The notes below the pieces were generated by a model. The model worked only from the letters and a program-made list of their open reading frames with translations. It had not been told where the DNA came from and made no database searches. Position numbers and translations under genes: made by a program. Positions 21,566 to 33,040 of a stretch of 64,000 nt of DNA are shown here, piece after piece. Each line of letters begins with the position of its first letter. Within the stretch, counting starts at the first letter, position 1. This DNA comes from an uncultured Phycisphaerales bacterium. Its GTDB lineage: Bacteria; Planctomycetota; Phycisphaerae; Tepidisphaerales; Tepidisphaeraceae. The stretch is from positions 4,704,001 to 4,768,000 of the forward strand of contig CAVWLP010000002.1 in the NCBI GenBank assembly GCA_963755915.1, written 5' to 3'.

Positions 21566-22013
21566 GTGATTCGCCGTTTGGCGTTCAACGCGCTTGCAGC
21601 ACTGTCGATGGCGCTCTGCCTGGCGACGGCGATCCTTTGGTGGCGAAGCTGCCAGCACAATCCTACGTTTTTCTTCGACGACCACCTAACCATCAGCCCA
21701 AATTTGGAATTGGATTCTTCGAATGGCTGGCTGTCACTAGAGCGGCCCGGCAAATCGTTAGCCGCCACGCTACCAGCCGTTAGGGGCGTTGGCGTTTGGT
21801 CGTTCACTTACATCGCGTACCCGCCTTATATTCGCATTCCCCACGCCGCATTCGTCGCAGGTTTTGCGTTGCTTCCCGTAATCTGGATCGTGGCATTTAC
21901 GCGCCGGCCGCAAACGCCACCAAATAACTGCGCAACCTGCGGCTACGATCTGCGCAACCCCAGACAGGTGCCCAGAATGCGGCACGATCCCGCCAAGTAG
22001 GGAATCAATTTAA
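21566..22013 (+). CDS. membrane protein with C-terminal zinc ribbon (frameshift near 21957)
   Basis: Two TM segments; CATCGYDLR[shift]TPDRCPECG, a motif typical of Phycisphaerae. Confidence 0.75.
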
Positions 22014-22064
22014 TGAGCACCGGTTTCGCCGGGTGCGCCCGCTGGGTTACGATACTCATCGATT

Positions 22065-22568
22065 ATGCACGGCATCCCCGCAAAATCCGCCCCCCACCGC
22101 GCCGTCTTCGTCAGCACCCATCCCTTCGAAGCCGAGCGCATCGCCGCCGCCGCTGTCTATTGCAGCGACGGCCGCTTCGGCGAGCAGATGGACGAATTCC
22201 TCCACGCGGGCCTCCACCTTCCCCGCTAAGACCGCATGGCCATCCCCGGCGGCGCCGCCTGCCTCGCCGGGCATGTGAAGGGCTTCCACGAAAAAAATTC
22301 CCTCGAGCGCCAACTTTCCTTCCTCATCCGCGAGCATGGCCTAAAAAAAATCGTCCTTATCGCCCACGAAGGGTGCGCCTATTACAAGGACGTCTGGACC
22401 GGCATGCAGTCCGTTATCGAACAGCAGTCCGAAGACCTCCGCCGCGCCGCCGAACAGATTCGATTCTGGAGCACCGGCGTCGTCGAAATCTCCTGCTACT
22501 TCGCACGGAAAATCGACGGCAAGGTGACTTTCGAAAAATGGGCAGCCGGCAGCGGCGAGCGGATTTAA
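22065..22568 (+). pseudogene. beta-carbonic-anhydrase-like protein with in-frame TAA at 22227
   Basis: YCSDGRF and AHEGCAYY Zn-ligand motifs in one frame, interrupted by PR*DRMAIPGG. Confidence 0.7.
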
Positions 22569-22614
22569 AACAGGGCGCGAACAGTTCGGCCAAATAGCCG
22601 TCAATTACCCCAGG

Positions 22615-22998
22615 TCATATCGCTGAATCCGGGTCGATGAATGCGCGAATCCGTTCCATGATATCGATGAGAAAATCATCGTCTCCCAGCTTAGCCACAA
22701 AGGACATGCTTCGATCGCGATAGCCCAGGGATTTAACCTGGTGTGGATAGAGCCATCCCTCGCGCTCCAGATTTCGAATCGCAGGAAGCTTCACCATCAG
22801 TTGTTGCCCGGCCAACTTTTGATCGGCGTGGAACTTTGTCGTGCCCGGAACAACAATCGCAAACCCGGTCGCCCTCGAGAAGCGTATCGTAGTCACAACC
22901 AGCGCGAAATGTGGGCCGGTGAGTTCGGGACCCGCGGAAGGGGAAAGATTCAAGTGGACAATGTCCCCGCGGTCGGGATGGTAGGTCTGCTTGCTCAG
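22615..22998 (-). CDS. mazF: MazF/PemK family toxin
   Basis: YHPDRGDIVHLNLSPSAGPELTGPHFALV, VVPGTT, QVKSL.YR.R; probable CTG start overlapping the antitoxin stop. Confidence 0.85.
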   Translation of the reverse strand: MSKQTYHPDRGDIVHLNLSPSAGPELTGPHFALVVTTIRFSRATGFAIVVPGTTKFHADQKLAGQQLMVKLPAIRNLEREGWLYPHQVKSLGYRDRSMSFVAKLGDDDFLIDIMERIRAFIDPDSAI

Positions 22999-23258
22999 AC
23001 TATTTCCTTGCCTCTGCGATCGGGAATTAGATCAGGACCGCACATGGATGGCGTGACGCCCTTCAATAGCTCCTTTTCGGTCCACTTTTTGCGCGGTTTG
23101 GCGCGGCGGATGGTAATGGTGTCTCCCTTGACACGCACGTTGACCGATTCGCCTTCCTTAAGTCCTAACCGGTCGACGCCTTCCTGTGGAATCCGAAGTC
23201 CCAGACTGTTACCCCACCGCGCCACTTTGCTGACCTTCTCAACAACTGCAGATACCAT
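22995..23258 (-). CDS. mazE: MazE/AbrB family antitoxin
   Basis: KVARWGNSLGLRIP, ELLKGVTP, GKEIV; GGAGG RBS. Confidence 0.9.
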   Translation of the reverse strand: MVSAVVEKVSKVARWGNSLGLRIPQEGVDRLGLKEGESVNVRVKGDTITIRRAKPRKKWTEKELLKGVTPSMCGPDLIPDRRGKEIV

Positions 23259-23321
23259 GGTAAGCCTCCATCGGGATATACATAGGATACACATCTATCG
23301 TCCAGAATTCCACGCTTCTTT

Positions 23322-23361
23322 CCCCCTCGCCCGGTACTCCGGGAGAGGGTTGGGGTGAGGG
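23322..23361. repeat. intergenic palindromic repeat (CCCTCTCCC/GGGAGAGGG type)
   Basis: CCCCCTCGCCCGGTACTCCGGGAGAGGGTTGGGGTGAGGG imperfect hairpin. Confidence 0.55.
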
Positions 23362-23400
23362 CAGTGAAAGAATTTCGGGCCAAATGCGATCGCCTTGGCA

Positions 23401-26400
23401 TTATCCCCCACCCGGACTGAATATCCCCAAAAGCAGATTCCGCGCCTCCCGGCTGATCGCCCCAAGTGCCACCGGCTTTGTCACCGGCTGATCCAGATAC
23501 CCGCCGATGTGCACCGAAACCACATCGTGCTGAAGCGCGCTCAGCAGTTTGTCCACGTCCTGCACCCCAAAGATATTGATGGAGCTGAACGGCCGCAGCG
23601 ACCCCGCCGCGACCAAATCCACCGGGCTATGCGGAAGATTCGGAAGATTGGAAATAACCCCCGAGAGCCGCACCTGCCGCCCGCGATCAAAATAAAGCAT
23701 CGGGCTGATGTACGCCGTCTGGTTCTGGATCGTGAAATCCAGCGTCCCTTCGCCGACGGGTTGGTTCGCATTGTGGGAAAAGTGCATCAGGTCGTACAAA
23801 ACAGAGAACGGCCCCGTCCCCGCCAGGTCGGAGCGCGTCAATGTCAGGTGCCCCTGGCCAAACGCGTTACGGGGATTGCCCGGCTCCCCAATCGCCGTGA
23901 TTTCCCCACTCAGAAATCCAGGCGTCTTGCCGACCTTACTGCCCGCCGGCATTAGCGTATTCATATCCAGATCCTTCAGATATAGGTTGATCAGCGTCTG
24001 ATAGATCCCCTCATCATGGCGGGTGATTCGCGCCCACACATCCAGCGTCCCCGCCGCAACAGAAAGACGCGTCGGGGATTGCGCAGAATCGTCCAAAACC
24101 AGTTGATCCGGCCCGATATGCGCCGAGAGCTGTCCGTCGCCAATCGCCAGGTCCTTATATCGAATGCCGACGTTATGCGCGATCACCTTCACCGCCAGCG
24201 GCGCCAGCGCGCGGCGTCGTGTCCGGGCCGACACGAAGCGAGCCGCTCGATTTCCCGTGCAGCGACTCCGAACCCGCAAACATCTGGCTCACATTCGCGA
24301 TGTCAAGATTTTTCCAATCGAGGCTCGCAACAGTCTGAAACGGATGATCCAGATCAAACTCCGCACTCCCCTCAGCCGTTCCCTCCCCACGCGTGATCTG
24401 GATCGGATCCGCCCGCACCGACCGGCCTGTAATATCCAGGTGCGTCGTCACCACGCTAAGCGGTTTGTCGTTCCAGGTGTTCTCCGATTTCACCTCCGCG
24501 CTTCCGTAAACTGACTTCCCGGGGATGTCCACGTTCACGTTTCCGCTCGAGCTCACCTGCGCTGCAACCGGCCAGTCCGGCAGTTGAACCGGCCACGAAT
24601 TGGTGTTGAACGCCACGGCAATTTGCCCAGGCGCATCCAGCGTCGTGGAGATCCCCAGCGTCGCCTTCCCGCTGACCGCGTGCGTATTGCGAATAAGCGT
24701 GACCGGATCAAGGTCGAGATACCCGTATTCCAACCGGATGTCGGGGATCTGGATCTGATCGATATCCAGCATTTCCGTGGACGGCGAATCAGGATCATTA
24801 AACGCAACCCCCGTGATCGTCGTCGAGCCCCTCACGTCGATTCCATCCCGCGTAAGATCGCGCACGTTGATCGACCATTTCCCGTCCAGCATTCCCGCCA
24901 GGCGACGGTCGTCCGCGATCATGGCGATCGGAAGCTTGTTGACCGTCACACTGTCCAGCCGGAAAAGCGCATCATCCACCGGCCAGACGCCGCTCACCGT
25001 CCACATTCCGCCCAGCACTCGAATGTCGCGCGATTCAAGCGAAACCTGATTGTCGTGCACTCGCCCGGCCAAGGTGATCCGCAGATTTCCCAGCTCGCGC
25101 CGGCCGACATGCAGATCAGACCCCACCGCCCACCCGGAAAGCACCAGGTCCGCCGGATCGAGTTTTCCCACGACCGAAATATCGCCCAGCAGCCCGCCGC
25201 GGAACATTTTCTGATCGGCCCCCGCGCCGTGAATCGCGGGACCTCGGTAAACCAGAGATTTTCCTCGACCGGTTTAGGCGCATTGAAGATCCAGTCGCCC
25301 GTCACGCACGCCGTGAACAACCCGCTGTGCGCATAAAACTGCCCGAGATGCACGCGCTCAGGCGAGCCCCATCCATCCAGATCGAAATTGAGGGTGCGCG
25401 TCGGATCGTGCGGCATCGGCCACGCTCGCGCATCGAGGTCAAGCCACGCGCACGCCGAACGAAAGTCGTATCCCCCATGGCCGGTGAACGGAAATGCATC
25501 GCCGACGTGAATGTGGGTAACCTCCAGCCCGCCCGGATAAGGCTGAAGATCGGCCGCGAATCCCGAAAGATCGATCGATTTTGTGACCCCGGGATCGAAC
25601 ACAAGCGAGGGAGCAGAAATGGAACCCGAGAGAGAATGAAAATTGTCCCCGCCTCCCGTCAGGATCAGGTGCGAATCCCACTTCCCGGCCGGGATTTTCC
25701 CACTACCGCTGAAATCGAGATCGATCCTCGGATTCACCAGATCGCACTGCCCGTTGATCGTACCGCGCCCCCCGGCGAAATCGACCAGGAGATTCTGCAC
25801 CTGCACCGCCGCCCCGCCGATCGAAACCGCCCCCGATTCCACGCGCGCAGCAACGCCGAAACATCCCCATTCCCCACCGAAACATCAACAGGCCGAACCA
25901 TAACCTGGCCGTTCTGCGTCGCGACGTCGATCCTCCCTTTAATCCCCTGACCGCCATAATTCGCACTGTTAACTTTCAGTCGCCCGGTAAGTTCGTCATT
26001 GTCGATGCGCCCCGCCACTGCGCATCCATTTGTGCCGACGCGGGAAAATCCGCATCCCACGGCTCCGCATATTGGCGAACATCATGAATGGCGATGGCAA
26101 TCTCATGCTCCCAATCCCCCCCCGGGGTGAGCCTCGTCGCGATGTCGAATTGCCCCGCCACCGCCAGGCTGCAGTTCCACAGCAGCGGCCCGTCCGAATT
26201 CGCACTGATATCCAGGTGCTGAATCGTCGCCGACCGATTCTTGTTGTCCGTCACCACCACGCTCACATCGCTGATATTCAGCGCCGGCATCGCCGTAAAT
26301 TCGCTGCTCGGTTTTGAGGATTGTGCCGCCTTCGCGAGGGTGCGAAAAATCGCCGAAAGGTTCCACGATCCCCCCGACGTCTGCACGATGTGCAGGGTCG

Positions 26401-26770
26401 GATTTTGCGCCGAAACCTCATCGATCGAAATCGATCCCCCCAGCAAAATCCAGGCGATATTGGTATGGCTGATCTCAAGGTTCGGAAACTCAACAAAGGC
26501 ATTCTCCGCCAGCGGCAAACTGAAGCTCACCCCGCGCAAACTCGAATTCCCCGCCCAGCTCGTCGAAAGCGAATCCGCCTTTACCCGCAGCCCAAGCGAT
26601 TTTTCCACCACATTCACTACGATATTCCGCGGCAGGTTCGTCGCGAAAATGATCTGCCCGGCAATCAGTATCAGCGCAACCGTAATCGCCGCGCCAAAGA
26701 GGATTCGCCAAAGCCAGCGTTTCCACGCCGGGCTGTGATTGAATCGCGAGGTTTTGACCGGAGCAGTCAT
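23401..26770 (-). CDS. large AsmA/TamB-like envelope protein (multiple frameshifts)
   Basis: N-terminal TM anchor, NPTLHIVQTSGGSWNL, beta-rich Gly/Asp-rich body, VHIGGYLDQP end; split across four ORFs. Confidence 0.65.
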
Positions 26771-26911
26771 CTAAGTTACCTACCCGAAACCTGAACCAAC
26801 GGCAGCGCCGAAACCCATTTCACCGTCACCGGACAACGAATCTATTGTAAACGAGTGAACCCCTCGATAGGCCCGCAACGATAGAAAACGCGGTCGCCCG
26901 GACATCGGAAT

Positions 26912-27607
26912 CTATTTCGTCGAGTAATCCGAGATCGGCCTTTGCGCAGGAGGAATGTTGCCGACCGTATTCGGCCCAAACCCCAAAACCCAGTAGTCTT
27001 CCCGCGCCGTCCGCCCGACAAACGGCCCCGAGCTCGCCGCGATTTCCCCCGTGTCGCGCCAATACGCCACGAACGCCACGCTCGCATAACCATACTGCTT
27101 CGTGCTCTTCAGGATCGCCAGTTCCGGCGTGGTGATGGGAACACTCGCGACCCCTTCAGTCGGAATGGTGACACTGGCCAATCCTATCAGCATCTCTAGG
27201 TGATTCACGCTGATCCCCCCGGTGCGGGCTTCCACCACAATTTCCGCGTCTTCTTTGCGATCCACCAGCCGCGCCCCGCTCAGCAGCAACTTCGCCCGCA
27301 ATTCCGCCAGCAAAAAAAGATACGGCTGAGGCGTCTGCGTAAACGCCAGTGGGGGCGCGCTTTCATGCACGACCGCCAGATACGTCGGATCGACAAACAC
27401 CTTGCGGTCCCGAAGCTGATCCGTCGAAATCTGATTGATCGCCAGCCGCGTCGCCTCCGATTCCAGAAACTGCTGATCCGCCGTCTCCGGCGGATCCGTC
27501 ACCCGAGTGCTCGAACACCCCGGCTGCGTCCACAGCAGCAAACCCAACCCACAGACGATCAGCCCCAAGCGCCCCAGCGAAATAATGCGGATGCAGTGCG
27601 TGCTCAC
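26912..27607 (-). CDS. putative lipoprotein (DUF6655-like)
   Basis: Lipobox PGC, TA.QQFL, EARTGGIS. Confidence 0.65.
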   Translation of the reverse strand: MSTHCIRIISLGRLGLIVCGLGLLLWTQPGCSSTRVTDPPETADQQFLESEATRLAINQISTDQLRDRKVFVDPTYLAVVHESAPPLAFTQTPQPYLFLLAELRAKLLLSGARLVDRKEDAEIVVEARTGGISVNHLEMLIGLASVTIPTEGVASVPITTPELAILKSTKQYGYASVAFVAYWRDTGEIAASSGPFVGRTAREDYWVLGFGPNTVGNIPPAQRPISDYSTK

Positions 27608-27656
27608 TGCTCAAAGCATATTCGACCGCCTCAGAAAACGGAATGGGGAGTGAATA

Positions 27657-28436
27657 TCACTGCGGCGCCTGCGTAACCGGCGTCGTCCCGCTGCTGAAAT
27701 CCCACGGATCCAGCTCCGATTCCGCCGCCGCATCCGTCAGAATCAGCTTCGTCTCCACGTGCATATCGAGCATCAGGTAATTCGCCCCGATACTTAGTCC
27801 ATGCCGCACCGCATCCACTTTCCCCGCCGCATAGTCCCCGTAATCCATATAAAAATCCCCCACCGCCGACACCTTCTCCCCCATCAATATCGCATCCGAC
27901 GGCGAACTATGGTTCGGCAGCGGCCTCCCATACAGCTCGTTGAAGTAGGTCATGAACGAATTAAACATATAACTATGCATCCCATTCGGCGCCGGATCCC
28001 TGTCGCTCGGACAGATCATGATCGACGGATTCCACACCCCGAAGACCGGCACCGTCACCGTGTTGTAGGTGTACTGGTTCCACAAATCCGGATAAACCCA
28101 ATTCTCTTCCCCCGCCACCGGCGCCATCGACCCATCATTGGGCGAATGCAGATAGACGGTTGAGTTCCCCCATCCCAGGTTCGGCGGAAAGAGCCACCCG
28201 TCATTCGAATCCGCATAGATCACGATCGCCAACCCAATTTGCCGCATATTGCTCGCGCACTGCACCGCCTCGGATTGCCGGCGGGCCTTGTTGAGCGCCG
28301 GCAGCAGCATCGCGATCAAAACCGCAATAATGCCGATGACAACCAGCAACTCTACAAGCGTGAAGCCCCCTGGCGTACGGCGCCTGCCCCCGATCAAAGA
28401 CCGTTTGCTGCTTCCCACTGCTTTAAAACGGACCAT
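27657..28436 (-). CDS. prepilin-type N-terminal cleavage / DUF1559-like protein
   Basis: GFTLVELLVVIGIIAVLIAMLLPAL, CASNMRQIG, CPSD, RH....NYLMLDMHV. Confidence 0.92.
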   Translation of the reverse strand: MVRFKAVGSSKRSLIGGRRRTPGGFTLVELLVVIGIIAVLIAMLLPALNKARRQSEAVQCASNMRQIGLAIVIYADSNDGWLFPPNLGWGNSTVYLHSPNDGSMAPVAGEENWVYPDLWNQYTYNTVTVPVFGVWNPSIMICPSDRDPAPNGMHSYMFNSFMTYFNELYGRPLPNHSSPSDAILMGEKVSAVGDFYMDYGDYAAGKVDAVRHGLSIGANYLMLDMHVETKLILTDAAAESELDPWDFSSGTTPVTQAPQ

Positions 28437-28941
28437 GTCGCCCAATTGTTGCAAAAATCTCCCGTAAATCTGGTCTGTTAATCGCCCGCGCAAACCCGTT
28501 TGTCAAATACTTTGCATTCTCATCCCCTGAAAAAAAAATAATCGCCGGAATTTTCCAAAAATAGGTATAAAACGTGCACCTTTGGACCTGTATATAGAGA
28601 CGTGATGTTTTCTCTACCTCTACTCTCAACTTACTACTCTCTACCCGCTAACCCGGAGGGTTCTCCCCAACTCATCTGAAATCTCAAATTTCAAATCCCT
28701 CTCTTCCCTCGCCCTGAAAATGGGAAATTTTGGGAAATCGACCAGGTCGATCGCTCCATTGCTCTACTGCCTGCTGCTCAACTCTCTCGCAGAGCGCCCC
28801 TCCGTCTCCAACTTGCCATAAATGTGAGATAAAGTGGGATAAACTGGGAGCTCCAAAGTGGGGAATTTTGGGGAAACCGCCCAAATGCCCGCTCTTTCCC
28901 CCGCACGCCCCCCAGCACCCATTGGATATACTGAAGATCCC

Positions 28942-29769
28942 ATGCCCCCCCACCCCGAAATCCCCCCCAGCAGCCGCGCCGAAGCCAACATCCTTCGCTG
29001 GCACAACGGCCGCGTCGAAAAAACCCCCGATGAACTCGTCGTCGAAGAGCCCCTCGAGATTCGCCTCCGCGGCCGCGGCATCAGCGTCACCATGCGCACC
29101 CCCGGTCACGATGACGAGCTCGCCGCCGGCTTCCTCCTCACCGAGGGCGTCGTCACCAATGCCCACGACATGCTGAAAATTAGCGCCTGCGAGCGCAGCG
29201 AAGACGGCAACATCCTCAATGTCCAGCTCGCCCCGGAAGTGCCCGTTGACTTCGAAAAACTCACCCGCCACGTCTTCGCCTCCTCAAGCTGCGGGCTCTG
29301 CGGGAAAACGACCCTCGAAGCAATCTCCCAGCGCTTCGGACCCGTCACCTCCAACGCCCGCTTCTCCGCCGAGACGATTGCATCCCTTCCCGATCGCATG
29401 CGCCAATCGCAATCCGATTTCGACCGCACCGGCGGCCTCCACGCCGCCGCCATCTTCGACCAAGCCGGTCACATGCTCACCCTCCGCGAAGACGTCGGCC
29501 GCCACAACGCCGTCGACAAGGTCCTCGGCTGGGCCCTGCTCAATCGCCGCCTGCCGCTCGATCGCCACATCCTGCTCGTCAGCGGCCGCTCTTCCTTCGA
29601 GATCATGCAGAAATCTCTCGCCGGAGGTTTGCCGGTAATCGCCGCAGTCTCCGCCCCTTCGAGTCTCGCGGTCGATTTCGCCCAGCGAAACAACCAGACC
29701 CTCATCGGCTTCCTGCGCGAAAAACGCATGAACATCTATTCCCATCCCGATCGGATTTCATTTGGCTGA
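28942..29769 (+). CDS. fdhD: formate dehydrogenase accessory sulfurtransferase FdhD
   Basis: VEEPLEI, MRTPG.D.ELAAGFL, SSCGLCG, TGGLHAAA, REDVGRHNAVDK, SAPSSLA. Confidence 0.95.
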   Translation: MPPHPEIPPSSRAEANILRWHNGRVEKTPDELVVEEPLEIRLRGRGISVTMRTPGHDDELAAGFLLTEGVVTNAHDMLKISACERSEDGNILNVQLAPEVPVDFEKLTRHVFASSSCGLCGKTTLEAISQRFGPVTSNARFSAETIASLPDRMRQSQSDFDRTGGLHAAAIFDQAGHMLTLREDVGRHNAVDKVLGWALLNRRLPLDRHILLVSGRSSFEIMQKSLAGGLPVIAAVSAPSSLAVDFAQRNNQTLIGFLREKRMNIYSHPDRISFG

Positions 29770-30382
29770 CGACAACACCAAGTATCTGAATTCCATCACC
29801 CTCGCAATCCTCGCCGGCGGCGAAGGATCGCGCATGGGCATCGCCAAAGGAATGCTCAAGATAAAAGGCCGCCCGATCCTTTCGCACATTCTGGCCAACG
29901 CCCAATGGCCCGGCCCCACGCTGCTCGTGACATCACCCGGCCGTCAATCCCCGCCCGGCGCCGAAGAATTTGACGCGGAGGTCGCAGACCCCGTCGCCGG
30001 CCTCGGCCCCATGCGCGGCGTACTGACGGCGCTCGAGAACGCCCAAACCGAAGCTGTCATCGTTTGCGCTGTAGACATGCCCGCCATGAACGGCCAAGTT
30101 TTCCGCTGGATCGCCGAGCAATTGATTCAACGACCCACTGCGCTGGGCATCCTCGTTAAGCGAATCGCAGCCGGTAAAGAAGAGTTCGAGCCCCTCCCCG
30201 CCGCATTTCGGCGCGGCGCACGCGAACTCCTTTCCCAGCGAATCGCTTCAGGAAATCGTTCCCTGTGCGGACTATCCGATTGCCAGGGAATCGAACTCGC
30301 CCGCGCACCGCAACATTGGGACGGCTTCTGGGAAAACTTGAATTATCCAGACGATCTTTCCCGCTGGGAAACCAAAAATTAA
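29762..30382 (+). CDS. mobA: molybdenum cofactor guanylyltransferase
   Basis: ILAGGEGSRMG..K, GLGPMRG, AVDMP, EPL, NLNYPDD. Confidence 0.88.
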   Translation: MADDNTKYLNSITLAILAGGEGSRMGIAKGMLKIKGRPILSHILANAQWPGPTLLVTSPGRQSPPGAEEFDAEVADPVAGLGPMRGVLTALENAQTEAVIVCAVDMPAMNGQVFRWIAEQLIQRPTALGILVKRIAAGKEEFEPLPAAFRRGARELLSQRIASGNRSLCGLSDCQGIELARAPQHWDGFWENLNYPDDLSRWETKN

Positions 30383-30756
30383 AGGCAACTCTTGTTGGGA
30401 TTCGGATAAAGCTGCTCCCTTGGCTCATCGGAGCTTCCATCCCGGCATTCGAAATCCTTTTCAATCGCGATCTCCAGCGAACCCCCATCCCCCAAAGGCT
30501 GGGAGTGATGCAGCCCCACCGTTTCCGACTTGCTCCACTCGCGGGCCATGCCGGCCGGAACGTCAACCGTGATGGCATTCGAATCCAACACCGCTCGAAT
30601 CGTCTCAAGGCCCGCGCGAGCGTGCAGCGAGCAGGAAAATTCCTGGCTCCTGCCAAATCGCGTGATTTCCCTGATCGACCCGCTGCCTGCAAGCTGCGCC
30701 ACATCCGCGGGACTGAGCCGAAATCTCAAAGTGTTTCGATAAATCCGCAGCTTCAT
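30379..30756 (-). CDS. conserved hypothetical protein (DUF7009-like)
   Basis: MKLRI..NTLRFRL ... IEKDFEC ... YPNP pattern. Confidence 0.75.
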   Translation of the reverse strand: MKLRIYRNTLRFRLSPADVAQLAGSGSIREITRFGRSQEFSCSLHARAGLETIRAVLDSNAITVDVPAGMAREWSKSETVGLHHSQPLGDGGSLEIAIEKDFECRDGSSDEPREQLYPNPNKSCL

Positions 30757-30860
30757 GTCGCTCCCGCCTGAGCGGCATTATAGCCACTTCCCGGCCCAGG
30801 GTAATCCGTTGCGGCCCCGCATGGCACTGCCCATCCATCCCGCTACAATCGCGCCGCGAT

Positions 30861-32198
30861 ATGGAAGAATCCCCCGCCGCCCGATCTCCCGCCAAACCAT
30901 CCCTCCCCGGCGAACTTTATCAGCGCATCGTCTTCGCCATCGCGATCGTCATCGTCGTCGCCCGCGCCCTCCCCATGCTCACCAAGCCCCGCGGCGACTT
31001 TATGCTCCACTACGGCCTCGGCCAGCGGATCATCAAAAATGAATTCATCTACGGCATCGGGTTCGAACGCGTCTACCCGCCCCTCTGGGCCATGTTTCAC
31101 GCCCCCGCCACCCTGCTTCCAATGCAGCTCGCCGAAATCCTGATCTATCCCCTCGGCGTCGCCGCGATGGTCGCCCTCGTGATCCTTCTGAAACGCCTCG
31201 CCGACCGTCACTGGCCCCTGACCCACGACGCGGTATTCTGGAGCACCGCCCTGGCCATCCTCTTCGCCGCGCCATTCCTCCATCGCGATCTGGTTGAACT
31301 AGGCGTCAACTCCTTCCTCGTTCTCCTCACCTGGCTCGCCATCTACTTCTGGATCGCCAAGCGCGACATCCTCGGCGGTGTCCTCCTCGGCCTTGCCACC
31401 GCTCTGAAATGCACCCCCATCGCGTTCATCGCCTACTTCTTCTGGAAACGCCAGTGGAAAATCGCCGCCGCCTCAACCCTCTTCACCGTCCTCTTCACCC
31501 TCCTCCCCATCACGATGATGGGCCCAACAAACTACTGGCACACGGAAAAGTATTGGGCAACCCAGCTCTGGCTAGGCGTATCCAATCCCGACCCCTCCCA
31601 AACCGTCCTCGGCCCCGACCGCAGCGGAAATCTCTCTCTGCACACCGCCCTGGCCCGCTACCTCATTCACCTCCCCTACGGCAGCCCGGCCCGCCCTGAA
31701 ACCCCGGTCGACACGCTCATCCCCAATCGCCCTCCCGAGCCTCTCTATTTCGACGTCCTCACGCTCCATCCCGCAGTCGCCGGAAAAATCATCAAGCTGA
31801 TCCTGCTCCTGATCGCCGCCGCCACAGCATGGATTTTCCGCGGTCGCGTGAAAGATCGAAACGACGCAGAAATCCTCTGGGAATGCGCCGCCCTCTCCGT
31901 CGCCCTGCTCCTCTATTCCCCCCTCACCTGGGCCCAGCACTGCCCGGCGGTCCTCCCCGCATTTTATTTCATCTTCCGCGCCGCCTTCACAGGAATCCGC
32001 CTGCCAAGAGACGTCGTCGCGGCCCTCATTTATTTTTTCGCAGTCATCTGCCTACTCCAAAGCGGTCTAATCGGCTGGCGCCTCAGTGGGCTGCTCGACG
32101 CCTATCACCTCCGCAACTTCGCGCTGGTGGGGATCTTCTGGGCAGCAGTAAGGTGTCACGGAGTCAGCAAAAACAATTCCTCTCCCAATACACCCTAG
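30861..32198 (+). CDS. GT87 (DUF2029) membrane glycosyltransferase
   Basis: GDF..Y, YPP, G.N, LATALK.TP, N.SL, SPLTW.QH; polytopic. Confidence 0.8.
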   Translation: MEESPAARSPAKPSLPGELYQRIVFAIAIVIVVARALPMLTKPRGDFMLHYGLGQRIIKNEFIYGIGFERVYPPLWAMFHAPATLLPMQLAEILIYPLGVAAMVALVILLKRLADRHWPLTHDAVFWSTALAILFAAPFLHRDLVELGVNSFLVLLTWLAIYFWIAKRDILGGVLLGLATALKCTPIAFIAYFFWKRQWKIAAASTLFTVLFTLLPITMMGPTNYWHTEKYWATQLWLGVSNPDPSQTVLGPDRSGNLSLHTALARYLIHLPYGSPARPETPVDTLIPNRPPEPLYFDVLTLHPAVAGKIIKLILLLIAAATAWIFRGRVKDRNDAEILWECAALSVALLLYSPLTWAQHCPAVLPAFYFIFRAAFTGIRLPRDVVAALIYFFAVICLLQSGLIGWRLSGLLDAYHLRNFALVGIFWAAVRCHGVSKNNSSPNTP

Positions 32199-32280
32199 TG
32201 GCGTCATCCCTGTTTCTTGATATGCTTCATCTTCTCGTTTCCATAAACCATTGGCCCCGGGGCGGACTGGAGGAACTTTC

Positions 32281-32841
32281 ATGCGGCGATTCACTACCAT
32301 TCTCTGTGTCGGACTATTTTCGGTTTGCCTCGCAAACATCGCCCGCGCCGACGATCAGATCGACAACCCCGCCTACAAATCCTGGGCTAAGTTCAACAAG
32401 GGAACCTCCGTCACGTATTCCACCCAGGCCACCACCATGGGCAACACGTCCAACATCACCACCACCGAAACGCTGATGGACGTGACGCCCGATGCCGTCA
32501 CCGTGCAGATGTCCCTCTCGATGGTCGTGGCCGGCAACACGATGAACATGCCCGGCCAGACTCAGACCATCCCCGCGAAAATCACCAGGTCCACCGGCGC
32601 CGCGACCACGCAGCCCGTCGACGCCTCGGCCACTACTGCCACTGAGGACGTGCAGGCCGCCGGAAAAACCTTTTCCTGCAAGAAAGTCACGGCAACGATG
32701 AATCAGAATGGCATGACCGCGACCTCGACATCGTGGATGTGCGACGACGTCCCCGGCGGCATGGTTAAGATGGAATCGAATTCAACCGGATCAATGACGG
32801 CCACCACCAGCATGATGCTCACGGCGATCGACGTGAAATAA
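32281..32841 (+). CDS. secreted Thr/Met-rich hypothetical protein
   Basis: Signal peptide ending ARA; NP.Y.SWAKF..G, AGKTFSC, W...VPGGMVK; GGAGG RBS. Confidence 0.8.
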   Translation: MRRFTTILCVGLFSVCLANIARADDQIDNPAYKSWAKFNKGTSVTYSTQATTMGNTSNITTTETLMDVTPDAVTVQMSLSMVVAGNTMNMPGQTQTIPAKITRSTGAATTQPVDASATTATEDVQAAGKTFSCKKVTATMNQNGMTATSTSWMCDDVPGGMVKMESNSTGSMTATTSMMLTAIDVK

Positions 32842-33040
32842 CGCCGATGCGCACGGGCATCGCGAATGCGCCCTAAATCGCAGCGATAAAGCTCAAGGGT
32901 CGATCGCACCCTCATTGGCGACCCCCCGGTCGGCCAAAAGCTACGTCGAGATAACCTCCCCCACGCTATCAGACCCGAAATTTCCTGCCTCACAGCCCCA
33001 CAAAATAATACCGCGATCCATTTCTGCCGAAGCTTCACAT

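Noticed and set aside
22227-22229. In-frame TAA in the carbonic-anhydrase-like gene as recoding
   Set aside because: TAA is used as a normal stop elsewhere in the window; a TAC>TAA mutation or sequencing error explains it.
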